Shown here in pieces: positions 39,274 to 55,302 of a DNA stretch of 64,000 bases. This DNA is from the human T2T-CHM13v2.0 reference genome, Homo sapiens: the NCBI RefSeq assembly GCF_009914755.1, contig NC_060933.1; one strand, 5' to 3'. The position numbers were made by a program, and so were the translations under genes. How positions within the stretch are numbered: position 1 is the stretch's first letter; every line of letters starts with the position of its first letter. The notes beneath the pieces are model-generated. The model ran no database searches and had not been told where the DNA came from. It worked only from the letters and a program-made list of their open reading frames with translations.

Positions 39274-40558
39274 GAGTGGAAATAGATTCCATTTTAAGAA
39301 GATCATTCATTGATCTAAAGTGTACTGTCTTTTGGAAACATTACTGCTGTTTGCTGGAAACCTATAATTATATTTATTAACATTGATAAACTTACGTACC
39401 ACTTATTCAGAGCCTGTGATACCCACACATCTTTTCTTTTGTTGGACATAAGAGAATATGGGAATAGGAGCAGAAACAATGTAGCAAAGAGATAGACGCA
39501 GTGAACTACAAAGGATATGGAGTTACTGTGCTCCTGTCACTATTGTCTGCTAATATGCTCAGATTAGTACTCATCCCCTCCTCAACATAAGTGAATTTTG
39601 CAGTAGAAGCTTCAGAATAGTGTGCGTAATCGCGTATATCAAACATTCCTAATGTTTCCATGGTCCCCTTCAAGTTTTTTAGGTCATGGCATCTTTGAAG
39701 ATAATCTCAGAAGTGACAGGGCAAGAATTGATAATGAAAATGGATGGATCCATTTTTACTATCAGTAGTTGAGGTAGAGATGACCTTCTTCACAGTCTGT
39801 AATATGAGTAGCTTGCTTCAAGCATCTGTAGTTTAAGGACAGGAATGTAATATTAGAAATGTCATATTATGGCTTCTGAAGCTTCTAAAGAAAGTGATAC
39901 GAAGTGTCACTAGAATCAGCCTTACGTCTTTTTCTCTGTACATCAGTGCATTTCTTAAGTTTTCCTGTCATCTTTAACAACTGAGTCATGAAGCTCACTT
40001 TTAGTGTTTCATTTGTAACATTTTAATGCTCACAAACCAAATAAAGGTGAACTGTCCTTTGCTATTGGGTTAAATAGTAAAGAGACCACACCACCTTTTA
40101 CATTGTTTGTGTCAAGGGTTTTAGACCCCTAACTTACTTAGAAATTAATCTGTTACTTTGTCAAGTGACAAAAGATGAGAGAAGACTCTGCTTTTGTAAA
40201 TTTTATTTAGAAATTAGAGTTAAAACAGTTATGTATTGTTGAAATGTAATAAAGTTAAGCCATTTTTGTTACTAGTGTGAAGCTTTATGCCCATTAACTA
40301 TGTTTTAACTTTAATTTGGAATAGAAACCTGCAGGAAGTTACAAAAATAGTACAGAATTCAATGTAGCCTTCACACAGCTTCCTCCAAATGTGACACCTC
40401 ATATAACTAACTGTAATGTAATATTAAAACCAGGACATTGACATAGTTATATTACTATTAACTAGATGACAGAACTTAATGTCTTCACCATTAAAAAAAA
40501 TGCATCTGTGTTTTTATGCTATTTGCCCATTGACTTTTAAAACATATTTGTTTTATAG

Positions 40559-40623
40559 GAGTTTATACAGAGAAATCCTCTTCTTATCATTAGTGTCTCT
40601 AGGAAGAGAGAATATTGATATTG
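40559..40623 (+). CDS. DENND4C: DENND4C exon 16/17, RSLYREILFLSLVSLGRENIDI
   Basis: ttatag acceptor, TTG/gtaagt donor, 65 nt, phase 2 to 1. Confidence 0.94.
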
Positions 40624-40839
40624 GTAAGTTGGTTAATAAAAGATTATGAAAGGAAGTTTTACATTTTATTTTCAAAAGTAATTTTTAAAAATGTAGCTGG
40701 TATGTATAAAAGATTTAAAAGATTTCTACTTCTAAATATATAGTTCAAATACATATAATTTGACTCAATACCAATTTGAAATGAACGGCTGTTGTCTTTC
40801 TTAACAAATTACAACTTCATTTTTGAAAATTTCTTTCAG

Positions 40840-40976
40840 AGGCATTTGACAATGAATATGGAATTGCATACAATAGTCTGTCTTCAGAGATTCTTGAAAG
40901 GTTGCAGAAAATTGATGCTCCACCAAGTGCCAGTGTCGAGTGGTGCAGGAAGTGTTTTGGAGCGCCTCTCATTTAA
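40840..40976 (+). CDS. DENND4C: DENND4C terminal coding exon 17/17, [45 protein letters not shown]
   Basis: tttcag acceptor, TAA at 40974-40976; all 17 exons sum to 3624 nt, divisible by 3. Confidence 0.95.
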
Positions 40977-41390
40977 ATAGAGATTCACTAGAATGTTGAC
41001 ACACAAGGCTTGGGGATTAGATTTCATCTGGAAACATTCAAGTTTTTTTTTCCAAATCGTAAGAACTGGTGAATACGGAATTGAAGTAACTCTTGGGGAC
41101 AATATATAATGAATTATGATTCATATTGCATTACCTTGAAATATGAAGTGCCATTTGAATGTCCCAGGGCTTATTAATATTGAAGATTTTCAACCCCTGA
41201 ACTGCTTTTCTGCCTCTGTGGAAAACTACTTTGGGATTCTTCAGTATTTGTAGTAGTTTGATAGAAATAATGAGGAACCATATTCATTCTAGGCATTGTT
41301 TATATTTGAAGTTACTGAGTTTGAGGAATGGCAAATTAAATTTGCCTAACCCCCAAAACAAATGAAATATCTCAATTATAAAAGCAACAT

Positions 41391-41682
41391 GGCCGGGCAC
41401 GGTGGCTCAGGCCTGTAATCCCAGCACTTTGGGAGGCTGAGCAAGGTGGGTGGATCACTTGAGGCCAGGAGTTCGAGACCAGCCTGGCCAACACGGTGAG
41501 ACCCTGTCTTTACTAAAAATACAAAAATTAGCCAGGCGCACCACTGTAGTCCCAGCTACTCAGGCTGAGGCAGGAGAATCGCTTGAACTGAGGCAGAGGC
41601 TACAGTGAGTGGAGATCACGCCACTGCAACTCCAGCTTGGGTGACAGAGTGAGACCGTCTCAAAAAAAAAAAAAAAAAAAAA
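41391..41682 (+). mobile_element. Sense Alu within the DENND4C 3' UTR
   Basis: ggccgggcacggtggc...poly(A), duplication agcaacat. Confidence 0.93.
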
Positions 41683-41916
41683 AGAGAGCAACATATTTGT
41701 GTAAGTTTGTATATGTGTAGGGCTGTGTAGGTATGTGTATATACAGCCATATTCTAAGTGTATATTTATTAAAATAGATTGCATGTTGCAATACAGTTTT
41801 CTGAAAGGGGTCTCATTGACTATTAAATAAATGACTACTACTAAACTTGTCTGTAGTCATTAATCTTAAAATTACCTGAAAATCTGATGACAGCTGCCTT
41901 CCCTAACTTTAATGTA

Positions 41917-41993
41917 TTAGGTTGGCACAAAATTAATTGTAGTTTTTGCCACTATTAATGGCAAAAACCGCAATTATTTTTGTACCAACATAA
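41917..41993. mobile_element. MADE1 (Hsmar1-derived MITE) in the DENND4C 3' UTR
   Basis: ttaggttggcacaaaattaattgtagtttttgcc...ggcaaaaaccgcaattatttttgtaccaacataa, near-palindromic, with TA target duplications at 41915-16 and 41994-95. Confidence 0.92.
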
Positions 41994-42912
41994 TACACCT
42001 TTCATATTATGTATTATCTTGCTTAATGGGTTTTATCTTGATTATCCAGTTACTTCCATCCTCTTCCCAATGTTAATTTGCAATAGTTTTAAAATGGGAA
42101 CAAATGAATCAATCATCAGATAGTTAAAATGAAATTAAATCAGCTGCCTAATAATTTATGGAATTCATTGGAATGTGCTTAAAATGCTAAAGTGTATGTC
42201 ATTGAACATGAAATCTTTTTTCAGGCACATACATTGTTGGTATTGATGACTTTTTAAAACCTGTGGGATAAACTTGCACTGCACACGGAAGTTTTATTCT
42301 TGTATATTTAGATTTGTATGCTTGTGAGTAAAAATGTGCATTTGTAAATACTGTGTTTTTAGGTTGAATCAATTAAGTCTTAAAACTGTAAATTTATTAA
42401 GCTTGTTGCCAGTAGGTTTAAGAAAATCATGATCTCACATGCCTCACTTTGACATTTATCATGCCTTTTATTAAAAATATCCCTTAGGAACAGTAAGTTT
42501 GCCTTAACTCTCTGCATGGTTTAAAAAGCCATTGGTTTTGTGTGTGTTTACAGTAATTATGCAGATGACTAAATGAGTTGACACAGTAAAATTACTTCCA
42601 TATGGTACAGTAACAACCTAACTCCCTTCTACCTGATGTAACCATTTACAAATTATAGTTATTGTACCAGTCTTTCAACATTTCAGGGTTAATCTGACCT
42701 ATGCAGAATTCTAGTGTGAATTTATTGTGAAAATGCTAAATGAAACAATTTGTCAGAAATTATGTACAATTTTCATTACCTTCAAAATGGATCTTTTGCA
42801 CTGTCTGAGAGTATATATTTTTGCAACTCAAGACTTGGTACTAGTTTTAATACTTAACACTTACTGACCCAACAGAAGTTTGGAATTACCTTGCATATAA
42901 AAATTGAGGTTG

Positions 42913-42918
42913 AATAAA
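42913..42918 (+). terminator. DENND4C: DENND4C poly(A) signal AATAAA (second candidate ATTAAA at 43049-43054)
   Basis: AATAAA followed by ttgttgttttctgtt; second hexamer ~135 nt downstream. Confidence 0.7.
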
Positions 42919-43434
42919 ATGAAAAATTGTTGTTTTCTGTTACATTAAGCCTCTTGAAATCTGTAATCTTTAGAATCCCAATATTTTGTTTTTTCCATTC
43001 CTTCACTCGTAACTTGAACTCAAGTTTTCACTTACTGACGCGCTTCCCATTAAAAAAAATCTGTAAAGATCTCTACCTTGAAAACTTTAGTCTGCTGCTG
43101 CCATTTAGATATTGGGACTGATTTCTTGTTATAAATTTTTAAAGGCTTTTTCCAATACCCACCACAGAGAGGGTACCACTAAAAATTTACAAGACAAAAA
43201 CATTATTATGGAAAGATTTAGAAGTACCTGGAATGACCTGTAGCACTGTATGCAACTTTAATCCTGATAACTTCTAAAAGCAATCTTTCAAATTAGTCCA
43301 GATTACTCAGCAGTACCTTATATTGGTTTGGGGTTCGATAGCGATTTTTTTTTCTTCCAACGAACGAATTGTACAGGTTGATCACAACCTGCATAGTTAA
43401 CGACATGTCAGAATGACTTGCGTGTGTGTGGAGA

Positions 43435-44103
43435 ACTGGGTATGGTGGCTCACGCCTGTAGTAATCTCAACACTTTGGGATGCCAAGGCAGGCGGATCAC
43501 TTGAGCCCAGGAGTTCAAGAGTAGCCTGGGTAACATAGCAAAACTCTACAAAAAGCACAAAAACTAGCCGCAGTGCACACCTGTAGTTCCCAGGCGGTCA
43601 AGGCTGCAGTGAGCCATACCACTGCTCGCCATCCGGGGCGTAGGAGTGAAACCCTGTGTCAAAGAAAAAAAAAAATCTAAGGAAAAACAGACTGTCCTTA
43701 TTTTGTGGCTGCACTCAATTTTCAGAAAGCAGGGCGGTTCTCATGTTTTGTGCATCATAAACAAGAACTGGTTAATATAAAACTTTGGACCATAACACTG
43801 GACTCACCTTGTGGCTTTTAAGTTCCTCTCTCTGCTTGTGCTAAATTTTTTTTTTTTTTTTTTTTGAGATGGGAGTCTTGCTCTGTCGCCCAGGCTGGAG
43901 TACAACAGTGTAATCTTGGCTCACTGAAACCTCAACCTCCCTGGTTCAAGCGATTCTCCTGCCTCAGCCTCCCGAGTAGCTGGGACTACAGGCATGCGCT
44001 AATTTTCGTATTTTTAGTAGGAACGGGGTTTCACCATGTTGGCCAGGCTGGTCTTGAACTCCTGACCTCAGGTGATCCACCTGCCTTGGCCTCCCCACCT
44101 GGC
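43435..44103. mobile_element. Tail-to-tail Alu pair between the two genes (+43435-43675, -43845-44103)
   Basis: Alu consensus in opposite orientations. Confidence 0.85.
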
Positions 44104-45055
44104 CATCCCCTTTGCCTTTTAAGTTCTGCATATTATTATTGATTGCCAACTAAGATTCTTTTCATGTTATGTAGCTTTTTAACACCATGTAGTAAGAGGA
44201 ATAGTTAAGAATCTTAGTAGGCATCGAGGGACTGGCACTACCGGCCTAACACCTGGGAGCTTTTTAGTAATGTAAAAATGTGGGTCCCCACTCCTCTATC
44301 AATCACTATCTGCGCCTTAACCAGACCCCTAGGTGATTCACATGTACATTTAACATTTAGAACTCTGCTTTGTAAAGCTATTATTACAGTAATGCCAACA
44401 AAGAGCTTGCATTACTTCAACCTTAAAGCCTAATGTGCCACCTTCTAAAGATCCTGATATTGTCACAATAGGCTAGTCAGCATAGAACTGTTAGAAAAAA
44501 GTACATACTTTGTGCATTTTTCACTGATCCAAGAATGTTTTTAGTCATTTCCTTTTCAGTGTGTGAACAGCCTAACAATTCACTGGAGTTGAAAAGCTTT
44601 GTTAAAACAAATTTGAAATGGCTTAAAAACCATTTAGTGGATGGTATCCACTAAAACTATGCCTTAAAAGTTACCTTTTAAAAAAGACATGTTCATCTTC
44701 ACAAGGTCAATTTTCATGTATTAAATTGTGTATAGTGCTTTAAAGAGCTATATTCCTCAAAAATAAACTATATAAAAAAGATTAATAGTCCTCATCATTT
44801 CCCCTAAGTTCCATGCCATTCTGAAGAGGCAGGTGTCTTATGCTCAGAATCCCTTCCTGTGCCACCCATCCCCTGAAAGGAACCCCTGTACACTGACCTT
44901 GTCTTCCACTACCACACACAATAGGTCTGATTTTATCCACCATTGGAATACCATATATACATATCCCCATTTTCTATGACCTAACTTTCCCTCTCTTCAT
45001 TTATGTAGTTTTCTATCAGCAATGAAAAGTCAACAGAGATCCGACTCTGATCTTA

Positions 45056-45061
45056 TTTATT
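45056..45061 (-). terminator. RPS6: RPS6 poly(A) signal AATAAA
   Basis: tttatt on + strand, 16 nt after the RPS6 stop; very short 3' UTR as usual for ribosomal protein genes. Confidence 0.88.
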
Positions 45062-45077
45062 TGTTACTCAAAAAATC

Positions 45078-45173
<96 letters not shown>

Positions 45174-45266
45174 CTAAACAAAACAAAACAGCAAACAGTT
45201 AAGGCCTTTCTGGGTTAAAGACGCAAATCCAAAGCCAGGTCGAACTCCTCCCACCCCCTCAAATCA

Positions 45267-45542
<276 letters not shown>

Positions 45543-46570
45543 CTATAATGAGGCCTTTAAAATCAAATCAGAACTATTCTAAAATGCTTTTTGCCCCTCC
45601 ACAGAAATCTAGAAGATTGGTTAAATATTATAAAAATATAAGGGAAACCAAGTCCTGAAAAATAACCAGGCTAACTTTTACTACCTTCCAGTTTTACTAA
45701 AATACAGTGGCATTATGTTAATATATAACTGTGCATAGTTAATTTGTCTGTGAAAACCACTTAACACATTATCTACATAATCATCCTGCCATACTTTTAA
45801 ATTTGATGTAAGCTTGCATCTCTATTTCCTTTGACAATTCCTGCCAATTCAGGGGTAACGTTAACTATTAACATCAGATTAGGTGGCATGTTGTTAAAGT
45901 ATCTTCATTAATCTGATCTGTACTCCAAAACTGCTCATGGATTACAGATCTGCATTGGAGCATAGGCCTTTTCAGATGTATTTGTTTCATGGACACTTTG
46001 TAGGAGTTAACTGCCTTAGGCTAAATGCTCAGATGTTCAGATTCTGCTAAAATGTTAAGCCTCCTACTATAGACATAAGAACCATCTAAAAATACCCATC
46101 AACCAGACCACGCTTGTATTATACGGATTATTTCCAGGGCTATGATTATGGGCAACTGCCACCTATTTGTCAATTGCTTTTTTTTTTTTTTTTTTGCAAC
46201 ATCAGCTTCATAAGGGTAGGAATTTGTCTATACTGTATTCTCAGCACCTTGAACAGTACCTGTGCTCAAGTAAGTGTAATTACTGACTTAACAGACGTAT
46301 ACTATCTATGCCATGTATGTTAAGTCACACCAGTCCTGAAAACCAAAATCCAGAGAAATTCTTTCAAATTTTGTCAGGAAAACCCAACCTTGACTGACAT
46401 GCTGTTTATTTAACATAAATATCCCCAAATTTCACCACAGAAATATTGCTATTTGAGGTCCTCACTGGTGAGTATGTTGTCTACTATATGGACAAAAGTT
46501 CTTAAAAGGTAAAGCTCCAAAATCCCTAACACCTGCTCCCTAGTATTCTGAGTAAGGTCTCTAACTTCTA

Positions 46571-46785
<215 letters not shown>

Positions 46786-47080
46786 TTAATAATTTAGAAC
46801 ATCTGATATAAAATTACAAAGTGTGTGGTGCTAATAGTCCCAGAATTCTCAAACATGTGACTCCTAAACCAGATAGCAATGACCTTAAAGTCAGGTTATT
46901 TTTGGATAATGTATACATCAAAGATTCACAAGCAGATTTTCAACGAAATTACTGCACTCTACAAGGCACTGGATATAATAAGCAAGGATTAATACCAACT
47001 GGGTATGCTGGCCACCCCCAAATATTTTCTGTAAAAACTCCAAGTGAATAGTGCTAAGGCCTTCCAAAGGCACATATTTA

Positions 47081-47302
<222 letters not shown>

Positions 47303-47369
47303 TTAGAAGAAACAGTTGAAGAGATTTTAATTCAACAACTTCCTTAAGAATCCTAAATCAGAATGTTTA

Positions 47370-47753
<384 letters not shown>

Positions 47754-48138
47754 TTATACAGTACAGGATTGTGACCTCTGTGAACACACCTATATGAGAA
47801 AGTATAATTATGAAAACCAATTTGAACTTAAGCACGTTTTCTCTGTTCAGTGAGTTTTGTCTATATTCCCAACTTGTCAAGTTCAATTATCAAATGTCTT
47901 TCAAGTCGCATTTCTAACCGATGTTTTATTAGAGATAACAGCACTAAGAAGATAAAATATCAAACAGCAACAAACAAATCAGATACAACCCTTTTTGGCA
48001 CTTTGGGGATTATGAGGACAGCTATGTGACATATTGCCAAATGCATGATGCAGGGCAAGAATTATGTTGATGTAAACTTTACGTATATTTTATGGCTTAC
48101 TCTACGTCCCCCCCTCCAAGGTAATACCTCTAACTTTA

Positions 48139-48405
<267 letters not shown>

Positions 48406-48976
48406 CTAAGGATTAAAAGGGGGGAAATAGTTTACGAAACTATCTATACAGGTAATTGTAGAGCCATCTACAAAGTTAATTCCACTGCAAAAAGCCTTTC
48501 ATGTTGCCTCCACACAAGCAGGAAATATAAGATGCCGACTGTACTCACTAAAAGCACGTGAAAGCAGAGTAGCAGTCAAGAAGCGCCGCACTCAGCAGGA
48601 CGTTTTCCCCTCAAGCCCCGCGGAATGACTCTGGGGGCGAGGGCACTCCGCAGCCGTTCACCCTCCCGAAGCAAGAAAGCCGGGGTCAAGAGCCGCACCA
48701 CAGGCCTGCCGCAAACTGGGCAACACGCCGCATCCGTCCCGGCTGGGCGCGGGGACGCCACCATGGCGCTCCCGGCCCGCCGCGGCTCCAGCCGCAATCG
48801 CCTGCCATCCGTTCGGCCAAAAAGCTCCATGCCCCAGAAAGGCGAGCCTTCTCCTACTTGAGACCCTTCTCCACCTAAAGCCAGGATCCTGGAGTGCTGG
48901 AACTGAGGCAATGCCGCGTTCTGGGACTCGATTCACGTTCCCCAAACCCAGTCTAACACTCGCCACCATCACCTAC

Positions 48977-48982
48977 CTTCAT
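48977..48982 (-). CDS. RPS6: RPS6 exon 1 coding part (Met-Lys)
   Basis: ttcaagATGAAG/gtaggt; six exons total 750 nt = 249 aa + stop. Confidence 0.97.
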
Positions 48983-49014
48983 CTTGAAGCAGCTGAACGC
49001 CTCCGAGGCGCCAC

Positions 49015-49025
49015 GGAAAAGAGGG
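49015..49025 (-). promoter_or_regulatory. RPS6: RPS6 TSS, TCT initiator and 5'TOP motif (CCCTCTTTTCC)
   Basis: Uninterrupted pyrimidine run ~42 nt upstream of the ATG; hallmark of mTORC1/LARP1-controlled TOP mRNAs. Confidence 0.93.
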
Positions 49026-49028
49026 CCA

Positions 49029-49127
49029 ACTTCCGCTTAGCGCAGGTCACATAGGCGCTTTCAGTTCTCGCGAGATGAGCAGAAGTACGGGATAGCGGAA
49101 GTGAGCATGGGTGGGCGGTACTTCCGG
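49029..49127 (-). promoter_or_regulatory. RPS6: RPS6 proximal promoter: three ETS/GABP sites, TCTCGCGAGA palindrome, GC box
   Basis: ACTTCCG 49029-35, TCTCGCGAGA 49066-75, CGGAAGTG 49096-103, GGGCGG 49113-18, ACTTCCGG 49120-27; no canonical TATA box. Confidence 0.85.
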
Positions 49128-49348
49128 GCGAGATTAATCAGGGCCTGGGAGGTAAAGTCGGTTGGGTGTGGGTCTGAGGTTGTGCCAGTGGTGGTAGTCT
49201 GGTAAGGCAAACCCGCGTGTAATTCTGAGGGCTAACCCCTTCCCTGTCTAGTCTTTTCCACGCTGCCTGGGTTTTGGAGCTGGGCGCCAGCGGAGCCCCA
49301 CTTCTGTCCCAGGCACTTTGCATCTGACGGTACCAAAATAGGAGGGCA

Positions 49349-49698
<350 letters not shown>

Positions 49699-51472
49699 CT
49701 AAAACTATCACATACCATCTCCCCACTTTAGTGTCACAAAGGTTTGAGTTTAGGACTGTTTTACATTCGAAGTTGAACGATTCTACTGAATCCTCTTTGA
49801 TCATCTCACATTGATTCATGGAATCTTGGTGAAATGATGCTTTTTAAAATCTGAGTACTGTGTGTCATTTTTTTGTTGAGGTGAAATTGACATAACTAGT
49901 CATTTTAAAGTGAACAATTCAGTGGCATTTAGTACATTCACAATGTTGTACAACCACCATCTCTATCGATACAGTTCCAAAACATTTTCATCATCCTAAA
50001 AGAAAACCCTGTACCCTGTTAAAGCAGTTGCTGCCCCTTCCCCATTTCGACCAGGCCTGGCAACCACCAATCTGTGTTCTGTCTCAGTGGATGTACCTAC
50101 TTCATAAAAATGGAATCATACAATATTGACCTTTTGTATCTGTCTTCTAATCTTTTGAGTCGTAGCATGTATCAGTACTTCACTGCTTTTATGGCTCAAT
50201 ATTCTAGTGTAGATATAGACTGCAGTTTGTTTATCCATTCCTCCATAAATAGACATTTGGGTTGTTTCTGCCTTTTAACTACTGTAAATAGTTCTTCTAT
50301 GTTTGAGTACTTGTTTTAAATTATTTTAGGTATATACCTAAGAGTGAAATTGCTGGGTCATATAGTAGTTCTATTCTCAACTCAGGGAGAAACTGAAACT
50401 GTATTCCAAAGCAGCTGAACCATTTTACATTCCCACCGGCAATGTATGAGGACCGCACTTTATCAAAATCATGGCCAACACTTGTTATTTTTTTAATTTT
50501 TTAAAAATTTATTGTAGGGACAGGGTCTCGCTTTGTTGCTCAAAGTGAGATCCTGTTGGTCTGGAACTCTTGGCCTCCAGCATCCTCCTGTCTCAGCCTC
50601 TGGAGTAGCTGAGACTCATTGTGGTTTTGATTTGCATTTCCCTAATGACTAATGATGTTGAGCATGTTTTAATGTGTTTGTTGGCCATTTGTATATCTTC
50701 TTTAGAGAAAAGTCTGTACAAGCTCTTAGCTCCCCCTGTTATTTTTATTGAAGTAGTGGGAGTAAATTAATGTGAGGCAAAGAGAAAGTCTAGAACTATG
50801 GGCTAGTTTTTTTTGTTTGTTTTTCCTTTTAAAAATATTTTAGGGTGGCCAAATGCAGTGGCTCACACCAGTAATCCAGACGCTTTAGGACGCTGAGATG
50901 GGAGGATCTCTTGAGGCCAGGAGTTTGAGATCAGCCTGGGCAAACATAGTGTCACCCTGTCTCATTTAAAAAAAAATTTTAATGCGTTTTTAATTGTGGG
51001 TAAAAAACATATAACACAAAATGTATCATCTTAACCATTTTGAAGTGTACACTTCTGTAATGTTAAATATATTAACATTGTTGTAAAATAGATCTCCAGA
51101 ACTTTTTCATCTTGCGAAATGGGAACTTCATACTCATTAAACAACTCCTTTCCCCCTACCCACGGCTTTTGGTAACCATTCTACTTTCTGTCTCTATGAT
51201 TTTCACTAAGCATCTCATATAAATGGAATCAAACAGTAGTAGTTGTCTTTTTGTGACTGGCTTATGTCATTTAACATAATGTTCTCAAGGTTCATCCATG
51301 TTATAGCATGTGACAGGATTTCCTTCTCTTTTAAGGCTGAATAATACTCTGTTGCATGTATATACTACATTTTGTTTAACCATTCGTCTGTCAATGGACA
51401 TTTTGGTTGTTTCCACCTCTTGGCTGTTGTAAATAATGCTGATATGAACATGGGTGTGCAAATATCTCTTAG

Positions 51473-51871
<399 letters not shown>

Positions 51872-51934
51872 TGATCCTTCTGCCTTGCCTCCCAAAGTGC
51901 TGGGATTACAGGTGTGAGCCACTGCACCTGGCCC

Positions 51935-52673
<739 letters not shown>

Positions 52674-52705
52674 GACTCTGGCTAATTGAGAAAAAAAAAA
52701 AAAGA

Positions 52706-52707
<2 letters not shown>

Positions 52708-52751
<44 letters not shown>

Positions 52752-52765
52752 TGCGCGTGTGTGTG
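52708..52765. repeat. (TG)n/(CG) microsatellite in an Alu linker
   Basis: Seen directly; alternating purine-pyrimidine tract. Confidence 0.95.
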
Positions 52766-53765
52766 TAGAGATAAGGGCTCCATATGTTGCCCAGGCTGGT
52801 CTTGAATTCCTGGCCTTGAGTGATCCTCCTGCCTCAGCCTCCCAAAGCATTTGTCCATTTTAAAATCGGGTTTTTTAATATATATTCAGGAGACTAAACT
52901 CTTATTAGATACGTGATGTGCAAATATTTTCTCCCATTCTGTAGACTTTTCGCTTTCTTAATAATGTTACAGTTTTTAATTTTAAAGCCCAATTTATATA
53001 ATTTAAAAATTGTTGTAGATCATGCTTTTGGTTTCATTTAAAAATACGTTGCCAAATCCAGTGTCATAAAGTTTACCCCTATGTTTTAAAATCTAATCTT
53101 AAAGACTTACCCTATGTTATGGTCTTAGTTTTTATATTTAGGTTATTGATCCGTTTTGAGTTTATTCTTAAATAATTGTGTGAGGTTGGGACTCCAGCTT
53201 AATTATTTTGCAGATAGATGTCCAGTTGTTCCAGCACTATTTGTTGAAGAGACTATTCATCCCTCATCGAATGGTCTTGACACTCTTGTTGAAAATTAAT
53301 TGCCATAAATTTATAGGTTTATTTCTGGACTGTCACTTCTATTTCCATGGTCCATGTGCCTATCCTTATGCCAGTGCTATAGCTTTGTAGCAAGCATCAA
53401 AATAAGGAAGTAAGAGTACTCCAACTTTGTTTTTTTTCAAGATGGGTTTAGTTCTTAAGGATCCTTTTCAATTGCACATGAATTTTAGCATCAGCTTGTT
53501 CATTTATGCAAAACATGCCATTGGAATTTTGATGGGGATTGCATTTAATCTGTAGCTCAATTTATGGAGTACTACCATCTTTATAATATTAAGTCTTCCA
53601 ACTTATCAACACAAGATGTCTTCTCATTTAGTTATGTGCTGCATAACAAATTTTGGTCAATTACAGACCACACATACAGCATTGGTCCCATATGATAGGG
53701 AACTGGAAAATTCCCATCACCTAGTGACACCTTGATGATCCTGACCCCATCTAGGCCTAGATTAA

Positions 53766-55302
<1,537 letters not shown>

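Larger units (their letters stand above)
40977..43075 (+). other. DENND4C: DENND4C 3' UTR (end approximate)
   Basis: AT-rich sequence after the stop, ending at poly(A) hexamers followed by U/GU-rich sequence. Confidence 0.8.

Noticed and set aside
48576-48972. GC-rich overlapping ORFs in RPS6 intron 1
   Set aside because: Expected from stop-codon scarcity in a CpG island.
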